A DNA stretch of 48,784 nt, taken from NCBI GenBank assembly GCA_902528485.1, contig CABZTA010000004.1, positions 1 to 48,784 of the forward strand. The letters run 5' to 3'. This document shows, piece by piece, positions 42,493 through 48,784 of the stretch. The notes beneath the pieces were generated by a model, which made no database searches, was not told where the DNA came from, and saw only the letters and a program-made list of their open reading frames with translations. The DNA comes from an uncultured SAR86 cluster bacterium. Its GTDB lineage: Bacteria; Pseudomonadota; Gammaproteobacteria; Magnimaribacterales; AG-339-G14. Position 1 is the stretch's first letter; each line of letters begins with the position of its first letter. The translations under genes were made by a program, and so were the position numbers.

Positions 42493-43871
42493 TAAAAATT
42501 TGTTTTGATCGTATTATCCACTTTTGAAATAGCTTTTTTAAATACATTTTTTATTTGATCTAAATCTTTAGATGTATTTCCTTCAAATCTCAAAACCAAG
42601 TTTGGTGAAGTATTTGATGCTCTAATAAGGCCCCAGCTAGAATCTTTATCTATTCTAATTCCATCTAGGGAGCTAATTTCTCCATTTTCCTTCTCCAGTA
42701 TTTTTATTAGTTTACTTATTATTGAAAACTTATTTTCATCTGAGACAGATATATTTATCTCAGGAGTCGATAAATTTTGAGGCAGTTCAGAGAAGATTAC
42801 TGATGAACTTTCTTCTTTTTCTGACAAAATTTCCAACATCCTACTTCCAGCGTAAATAGCATCATCGAAACCGAACCATCTGTCATTAAAGAAAATATGC
42901 CCACTCATTTCTCCTGCTAAAAGTGCATTCTTTTCAAAAAGATTTTTCTTTATATAGGAGTGGCCGGTTTTTGACATATAAGCTATGCCAGAGTTTTCTT
43001 CTATGAAATTTTTTAAAAGGTTAGAACATTTAACGTCAAAAATGATTGTGGCATTCTTATTTTTCATTAACACTTGATCCGCATACAGAATCATTTGAAT
43101 ATCCGGGTAGATAATTTTCCCTGAGTTATCAACAATTCCAACTCTATCCGCATCACCATCCAAGGCTATACCAATATCGGCATTTGATTCTTTTATTTTT
43201 TTCTGTAAATCTTCAAGATTCATTGGATTGCCAGGATCAGGATGATGATTTGGAAAGTTTCCATCTACTTCGCTGAAAAGTTCTATAACTTCACAACCAA
43301 TCTCTTTAAATGCCTGTGGCGCAATCACTCCTCCAACGCCATTTCCACAATCAAGACAAATCTTCATGGGTCTTTTTAATGAGATATTTTTTCTAAGCTC
43401 GTCAATATATTCATCCAAAACATCTCTCTCCTCCAAATGACCTTTTTTGATATCTTTCAAGTATGTGCCTTGGAGTATGTAATTTTTAATTTCTTGAATT
43501 TCTTGCCCAAAGATAGTTTTACCTCCCAAAATTATTTTAAAACCATTGTATTCTTTGGGGTTGTGGCTACCCGTGATCATAACTCCATTCTTAGTTTTGA
43601 ATTTCTCGACCGCAAAATAAAGCAAGGGTGAGGGCACCATACCCACATTTATGACGTTTACGCCATTTTCTAAGAAGGAGTTAATCAAGGCTGAGCAAAT
43701 TCTTTCACCAGACAATCTTCCATCGCGTGCCACAGCTACTTGCTTTAAACCTAATTTTTTAATTTGATGACTTAAAGCTGATCCCAATGCGCTAACAAAT
43801 TCATCGCTCAGGTCCTCAGATGCAATACCTCTGATATCATATGCTCTAAAAATATTTTGATTAATTTGCAT
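42492..43871 (-). CDS. algC: Phosphomannomutase/phosphoglucomutase
   Basis: FRAYDIRG, TGSHNP phosphoserine loop, DGDADR metal loop, GEMSGH, RASNT. Confidence 0.94.
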   Translation of the reverse strand: MQINQNIFRAYDIRGIASEDLSDEFVSALGSALSHQIKKLGLKQVAVARDGRLSGERICSALINSFLENGVNVINVGMVPSPLLYFAVEKFKTKNGVMITGSHNPKEYNGFKIILGGKTIFGQEIQEIKNYILQGTYLKDIKKGHLEERDVLDEYIDELRKNISLKRPMKICLDCGNGVGGVIAPQAFKEIGCEVIELFSEVDGNFPNHHPDPGNPMNLEDLQKKIKESNADIGIALDGDADRVGIVDNSGKIIYPDIQMILYADQVLMKNKNATIIFDVKCSNLLKNFIEENSGIAYMSKTGHSYIKKNLFEKNALLAGEMSGHIFFNDRWFGFDDAIYAGSRMLEILSEKEESSSVIFSELPQNLSTPEINISVSDENKFSIISKLIKILEKENGEISSLDGIRIDKDSSWGLIRASNTSPNLVLRFEGNTSKDLDQIKNVFKKAISKVDNTIKTNF

Positions 43872-43888
43872 TTGGTTCTAATTTAGAT

Positions 43889-44827
43889 ATGGATACTTCA
43901 AAAGGCCTCGAAAATATAGAAGGCGTTGTATGGTTTGACGGTCAGTATGTTGACTGGAAAGATGCCAAAGTTCATGTTTTAACTCATACTCTTCATTACG
44001 GATTAGGTGTATTTGAAGGTGTTAGAGCTTATTCTACCACGCAAGGACCAACGATTTTCCGTCTTAGGGACCACACAGATCGCCTTTTTGAATCTGCAGA
44101 AACAGTAAAATTAAAAATTCCTTATTCAAAAGACGAAATAAATAAAGCTCAAATAGAAGTTGTAAAAAAAAATAAATTAGAAGAAGCCTACATAAGGCCT
44201 ATGTGTTTCTATGGCTCTGAAGGTTTAGGACTAAGGGCTGATAATCTCAAAGTTCATTGTATTGTCGCTGCTTGGTATTGGCCAAGCTACCTTTCTCCAG
44301 AGCTTTATGAGAAAGGAATCAAAGTAAAACTATCATCCTACACAAGGCAAAGAGGAAATAAAGTTTCGAGATCAAAAGTTAACGGGAACTACGTCAATTC
44401 AATTGTTGCTCTAAATGAAGCTCTTGAAGCGGGTTTTGATGAAGCATTAATGTTAGATACAGAAGGAAATGTCGCTGAAGGTTCTGGAGAAAACTTTTTT
44501 ATGGTGAAAGATGGGAAAATATTCACTCCTGATGTTGAGGCCTCACTTAATGGCATTACAAGAAAAAGCATAATTGACTTGGCTAAAAATGAAAAAATTG
44601 ATGTCATTGAAAAGAAAATATCTCCGGAAGAGATTATTCAGTCAGATGAACTTTTTTTTACCGGAACTGCAGCAGAGGTATTACCAATTACACATGTTGA
44701 TAAAAATAAAATATCAGATGGACAAAGAGGACCTATTACCAAGATTCTTCAATCAAAATACTCCAGTCATGTGAAAGGAGAGAATATTTTATTTCCTGAA
44801 TGGTTAACTAATATTTCTGATCATTGA
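43889..44827 (+). CDS. ilvE: Branched-chain amino acid aminotransferase
   Basis: LHYGLGVFEG, YIRP, SKVNGNY (PLP lysine), EGSGEN, LNGITR, GTAAEV. Confidence 0.96.
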   Translation: MDTSKGLENIEGVVWFDGQYVDWKDAKVHVLTHTLHYGLGVFEGVRAYSTTQGPTIFRLRDHTDRLFESAETVKLKIPYSKDEINKAQIEVVKKNKLEEAYIRPMCFYGSEGLGLRADNLKVHCIVAAWYWPSYLSPELYEKGIKVKLSSYTRQRGNKVSRSKVNGNYVNSIVALNEALEAGFDEALMLDTEGNVAEGSGENFFMVKDGKIFTPDVEASLNGITRKSIIDLAKNEKIDVIEKKISPEEIIQSDELFFTGTAAEVLPITHVDKNKISDGQRGPITKILQSKYSSHVKGENILFPEWLTNISDH

Positions 44828-45780
44828 AAATTTTGATCATAAAAACCTCTTCTCTGGGAGATATAATTCATTCTTTTCCAGCTATAGAGGATATAAAGAA
44901 GAATTATCCTGAATCTAGAGTAGATTTTCTAGTGGATAGTACATTTCTCAATACGGCAAAATTAAATAAGTCTATAGATCATTTTTTTCCAATTTCATTG
45001 AGAGAAAAGAAAAATCAATCTTTAATGAAAAGACTCAAGAATTTGAATGATGAAATAAATGCGTCTTTTAAAAATATCACTTATGACTTTGTAATTGATT
45101 TTCAAGGATTGATGAGAACTCAAATCATAGGATCAAAAATCAAAAAAATATCTAGTGCCAAAAACTTTATTGGATATGAATTTAGTTCAGCAAAGGAAGG
45201 ACTTTTAACTTTTTTATACGACAAAAGAATTAATGTAACTAAGGATGAACACGCAGTAATCAGAATGAAAAAATTAGCAGCTGAAAGTTTAAATTATGAG
45301 CTAAACAAAGAGCATGACTATGGTTTTAAGCTAGAAGGCTTGGATAAAAAAAATAAGATCATTTTTGTTCACGGATCGAGTAGAAGAAATAAAGAATATC
45401 CCTTAGATTATTGGAAAATATTGGCTGATCACTTAAACAATCTCAATTTAGATATTTGCGTACCTGTCCATGGAGAGAATCAATTAAATTTCTTTAAAGA
45501 AATAAATGAAATTAATTCTAGGGCCATTAAGTTAGAAACTGATAATTTTCATGAGATCAAAGAAGAGTTTGTTAAATGTTCATTTTTTATAGGAGTTGAT
45601 ACAGGTCTTACTCATCTATGCGCAGGATTAGGATTATCTGGAATTTTTTTATTTGGACCTACGGATCCATCAAAAGTAGGACCTGTTTTTAATCATCAAA
45701 GAGTGATCAAGAAATCAGAAATGACTGAAATAAATCCTTCTCTAATTATTGAGATGCTTAAAGAAGAAAGTTTTGAGTAA
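44824..45780 (+). CDS. waaC: Lipopolysaccharide heptosyltransferase I (GT9)
   Basis: KILIIKTSSLGDIIH, IDFQGL, HAV, GVDTGLTHL, LFGPT; follows ilvE as in Pseudomonas-type waa loci. Confidence 0.82.
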   Translation: MKILIIKTSSLGDIIHSFPAIEDIKKNYPESRVDFLVDSTFLNTAKLNKSIDHFFPISLREKKNQSLMKRLKNLNDEINASFKNITYDFVIDFQGLMRTQIIGSKIKKISSAKNFIGYEFSSAKEGLLTFLYDKRINVTKDEHAVIRMKKLAAESLNYELNKEHDYGFKLEGLDKKNKIIFVHGSSRRNKEYPLDYWKILADHLNNLNLDICVPVHGENQLNFFKEINEINSRAIKLETDNFHEIKEEFVKCSFFIGVDTGLTHLCAGLGLSGIFLFGPTDPSKVGPVFNHQRVIKKSEMTEINPSLIIEMLKEESFE

Positions 45781-47032
45781 AGAAAAACTAAAAATTGGTC
45801 TGATAACTTATAGAGGTAATCCTTCTTCAGGGGGTCAAGGTATTTACATAAACTATCTAAGTAGAGCTCTATCGGATCTAGGCCATGAAGTTACCGTTAT
45901 TTCTGGCCCTCCCTATCCAGAAATAAGAAAAGATATCAAACTAGTTAAAATACCTAGCCTTGATTTATTTTCAAAAAAAAATAAGTTTTTTGACGTTAAA
46001 TTTTCAAAATTATTATCTTTGAATAACTTGAAAGAATGGATTAGCGCAAACACTGGCGGCTTTCCTGAGCCACATACTTTTGGACCAAGACTGAAGAAAT
46101 TTATTGAAGAAAATGCTGATCAATTTGATGTAATTCATGACAACCAATCTTTGTGTAAAGAGCTTATTTCTCTTCAGCAGAAACTTCCTTTAGTAACAAC
46201 AATTCATCACCCAATTACAAAAGATTTAGAATTTCAGCTGAAAAGTACAAATGATTTTTTTTTAAAACTCCTCATCAAAAGATGGCACTCATTTATTCCA
46301 ACTCAAATAAAGGTTGCAAAAAAATTAAAAAAAATTCTTGTTCCCTCTAAATCATCTGAGAAAGATGTCATTAAAGATTTTTCGTTGAAGGAAGCAAGTA
46401 TTGAAGTTGTTTATAATGGCATAGATTTAAGTTTCTTCTATCCTTCCGAAAAGCCTTATGAGGAATACAAAATATTATCCATAGCAAGCTCAGACGTACC
46501 GATGAAAGGTTTAGATTATATGATCAAAGCTTTTCCAAAAATCAAAAAAAATTATCCAAAGGCTAAATTGAGTGTTTTAGGAAAAATAAGAGAGGAGGGA
46601 CACACAGAAAGACTAATAAATAGTTTAGATTTTAAAGATGATATAAATTTTGTATCAGGTCTATCTCATTCAGAATTAAGAGAACAATATTGCTCATCTC
46701 ATGTAGTAGTTATTCCTTCCTTGTATGAAGGTTTTGGATTTGCTGCTGCAGAAGCAATGGCTTGTGGAGTTCCTGCAGTGGTATCCGATGGCGGATCTTT
46801 AAAGGAAATCATTGGAGAGGCAGGAAAGGTCATTATCCCTGGAGATGAAAATGCTATCGTTGATGCTGTAAATGAATTATTTTCTTCAAAAGATTTAAGA
46901 AAAAACATTGTAGCCAATGGTATATCAAGAGTTAAAGATAAATTTACGTGGCACAATGCTGCTTTAAAACTAGAAAATATTTATCAACAAATGATAGTGA
47001 ATCATGCAAACAATAAATATTCAAAAACTTAA
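45773..47032 (+). CDS. GT4 glycosyltransferase, resembling actinobacterial ManT-type alpha-mannosyltransferase
   Basis: YRGNPSSGGQGIY...LSRAL...GHEVTVISGPPYP, PSLDL, GFPEPHTF, DVIHDNQSL, TIHHPIT and PSLYEGFG..AAEAMACG. Start probably TTG 45773, overlapping the waaC stop; the ORF track start is 45749. Confidence 0.85.
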   Translation: MSKEKLKIGLITYRGNPSSGGQGIYINYLSRALSDLGHEVTVISGPPYPEIRKDIKLVKIPSLDLFSKKNKFFDVKFSKLLSLNNLKEWISANTGGFPEPHTFGPRLKKFIEENADQFDVIHDNQSLCKELISLQQKLPLVTTIHHPITKDLEFQLKSTNDFFLKLLIKRWHSFIPTQIKVAKKLKKILVPSKSSEKDVIKDFSLKEASIEVVYNGIDLSFFYPSEKPYEEYKILSIASSDVPMKGLDYMIKAFPKIKKNYPKAKLSVLGKIREEGHTERLINSLDFKDDINFVSGLSHSELREQYCSSHVVVIPSLYEGFGFAAAEAMACGVPAVVSDGGSLKEIIGEAGKVIIPGDENAIVDAVNELFSSKDLRKNIVANGISRVKDKFTWHNAALKLENIYQQMIVNHANNKYSKT

Positions 47033-47708
47033 TCTTTCTGATAATGCAAAAATTCTTGATCTTGGTTGTGGAGAAGGTCGGCATTGTTTTGGCGCATACA
47101 TGCATGCGAATATAGATGTTTATGGTTTTGACTTAAATCCAAAGGATGTTCAGAAAGCTGTAAGTAATTTTCCACAATTCGATGAAAAATCTAATATTAA
47201 AAGTTGCAATTTTGGATGTACTGATGCAACAAAACTTCCTTTTGCTGACGAGACTTTTGATTACTTGATTTGCTCTGAGGTACTAGAGCATATTCCAGAG
47301 GTTGATTGTGCAGTTGATGAAATTATTAGAGTTACCAAGCAAAAAGGTAAAATTGCCGTAAGTGTTCCTTCTTTTTTTCCAGAATGGGTTTGCTGGTCTC
47401 TTAGTAAAGATTACCAATTAACACCAGGTGGACATGTAAGGATTTTTAAATACAAACAATTAAGAAAAATGATTGAGGATAGGAATTGCAAATTTATAGA
47501 GAAACATCGTGAACATGCACTTCATAGTCCGTATTGGTGGTTAAAATGCTTATTTTGGAAGAACCAAGACAATTCATACTTAGTAAATAAATATCATGAC
47601 TTTCTTGTGTGGGATATGATGAAAAAACCTTTCATAACAAGACTTCTAGAAAAAATACTGCAACCTTTGATTGGTAAAAGCACAGTTATTTATTTTGAAA
47701 AAAATTAG
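47004..47708 (+). CDS. Class I SAM-dependent methyltransferase (Methyltransf_11-like)
   Basis: LDLGCGEGRH, LPF, SEVLEHI, VSVP..FPE..CW.LS, GGHVRI, HALHSPYWWLKC, LVWD, IGKS. Confidence 0.88.
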   Translation: MQTINIQKLNLSDNAKILDLGCGEGRHCFGAYMHANIDVYGFDLNPKDVQKAVSNFPQFDEKSNIKSCNFGCTDATKLPFADETFDYLICSEVLEHIPEVDCAVDEIIRVTKQKGKIAVSVPSFFPEWVCWSLSKDYQLTPGGHVRIFKYKQLRKMIEDRNCKFIEKHREHALHSPYWWLKCLFWKNQDNSYLVNKYHDFLVWDMMKKPFITRLLEKILQPLIGKSTVIYFEKN

Positions 47709-47717
47709 AATCTTATT

Positions 47718-48713
47718 TTGAAATCTTTATCTGGGTTAAATCATCTTTTGGAATATATTACCGAGAGTCAAAATGAAGGGGGGGGAATTCCTTCAGAGAC
47801 AGGGAAAATTCTTGATCCTTGGGATCATATTGAATGCTGCATGGCTTTGGATGTATTTGGAGAAAAAGAAAGATCATCGCTAGGCTTCCAATGGCTTATT
47901 GATCATCAAGAGGATGATGGATCATGGTATTCAGAGTATCAAGCAGACAAAAATATTTCTTCTAGAAAAGAATCGAACTTCTCTTCGTATATTGCAATTG
48001 GAGCACTACATAATTACGAGAGCTATAAAGATTTAAAATTCTTAGAAAACCTGCTTCCAACTCTTGAAAAGTCTCTTGAGTTTACTCTCTCAGCCCAAAC
48101 TGATTTTGGTGAATTCTCTTGGGCTATGGAAAATGGAAAATGGCTAGATGATGCTTTAAAAACAGGTAATTCATCGATCTACATGAGCTTGAAAGCTTAT
48201 AAAAAAATTTTTGATCTGTTAGGTAAGAATTCTAATCAAATAGAAAGTTCACTCACAGCTCTAAAAAAAGTTTTTTTAACTAACACATCTAGATTTGATA
48301 GGAATTGGGATTCAAAAGAAAGATACAGTATGGATTGGTACTATCCGATTTTGGCAGGAATTTATGATAAATCAGAAGCCATTAAAAAAATTAATTCCAA
48401 ATGGGACATTTTTATCAAAGAAGAGTTTGGTTGTAGATGCGTCAGTGATAGGCCATGGATTACTGTGGCTGAAACATCGGAACTAATAATAACGCTAAAT
48501 AAAATAGATGAAATAAAAAAAGCCAGGGATCTATTTAAAAAAGTAAGCGAATTAAAAGATCCCAAAGATAATATCTTTTGGATGGGCTATGTTTTTGATG
48601 ATAGGAAATATTGGCCAACTGAAAAACCTACTTGGACTGCTGCAGCTTTTATTCTTGCAGCGAATGCATTAAATGGATTTACTTCGGCAGGTGACTTTTT
48701 TAAGAATTTGTAG
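47718..48713 (+). CDS. (alpha/alpha)-barrel protein usually auto-annotated 'prenyltransferase'; MmpH-like putative glycoside hydrolase
   Basis: DPWDHIECCMAL, QEDDGSW, YIAIG, RYSMDWYYP, PWITVAETSE, FWMGY, WPTEKPTWTAAA; third gene of the GT4-MTase cassette. Confidence 0.72.
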   Translation: MKSLSGLNHLLEYITESQNEGGGIPSETGKILDPWDHIECCMALDVFGEKERSSLGFQWLIDHQEDDGSWYSEYQADKNISSRKESNFSSYIAIGALHNYESYKDLKFLENLLPTLEKSLEFTLSAQTDFGEFSWAMENGKWLDDALKTGNSSIYMSLKAYKKIFDLLGKNSNQIESSLTALKKVFLTNTSRFDRNWDSKERYSMDWYYPILAGIYDKSEAIKKINSKWDIFIKEEFGCRCVSDRPWITVAETSELIITLNKIDEIKKARDLFKKVSELKDPKDNIFWMGYVFDDRKYWPTEKPTWTAAAFILAANALNGFTSAGDFFKNL

Positions 48714-48714
48714 T

Positions 48715-48783
48715 CTAAATTTTTTTTAATATTCCTAAAGTTTCATATAGTTCCATGAATTTAAATTGCTTTGTTTCCTTCAC
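48715..48783 (-). CDS. C-terminal fragment of a convergent gene, possibly a MeT1-like (Methyltransf_24) O-methyltransferase
   Basis: Minus-strand frame open from the window edge reads VKETKQFKFMELYETLGILKKI-stop (TAG 48717-48715), ending next to the upstream gene's stop. Only 22 aa are visible, so identity rests on weak resemblance plus context. Confidence 0.4.
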   Translation of the reverse strand: MKETKQFKFMELYETLGILKKI

Positions 48784-48784
48784 A

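Noticed and set aside
47718-48713. Squalene-hopene cyclase or true prenyltransferase (QEDDGSW resembles a QW motif)
   Set aside because: Only 331 aa, no DxDD cyclase motif and no isoprenoid genes nearby; the context favours a carbohydrate-active barrel, though this is unproven.

Overview
AT-rich, extremely gene-dense chromosomal segment from a streamlined Gammaproteobacterium. The rRNA is gammaproteobacterial and the compact architecture suggests a marine, SAR86-like lineage; that taxonomy is an inference needing a 16S/GTDB placement. It is mostly core housekeeping DNA in Pseudomonas-like gene order with intervening genes missing: rpmE2/priA, tsaE-nnrD, NUDIX+MBL, msrA-acs-folK-dksA, pfkB-thiE-thiD, argC-erpA, anmK-M23-tyrS, a 16S-23S-5S operon with no spacer tRNAs, type II pantothenate kinase, a lipoprotein subtilase, a diiron ferritin-like protein with cobT-cobS, cysE-tesB, gltDB, aroBK, mrcA, slmA-argB-algC and ilvE-waaC. 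Two main surprises. (1) At the right end, a GT4 glycosyltransferase, a SAM methyltransferase, an (alpha/alpha)-barrel protein and the 3' end of a convergent fourth gene resemble the actinobacterial methylmannose-polysaccharide cluster (manT/orfD/mmpH/meT1), here joined to the LPS-core operon. (2) A glnA-type glutamine riboswitch lies in the gltB leader. Several genes also look leaderless. No mobile elements, CRISPR arrays or tRNA genes were seen. All family assignments come from motif recognition and recall, not database searches.
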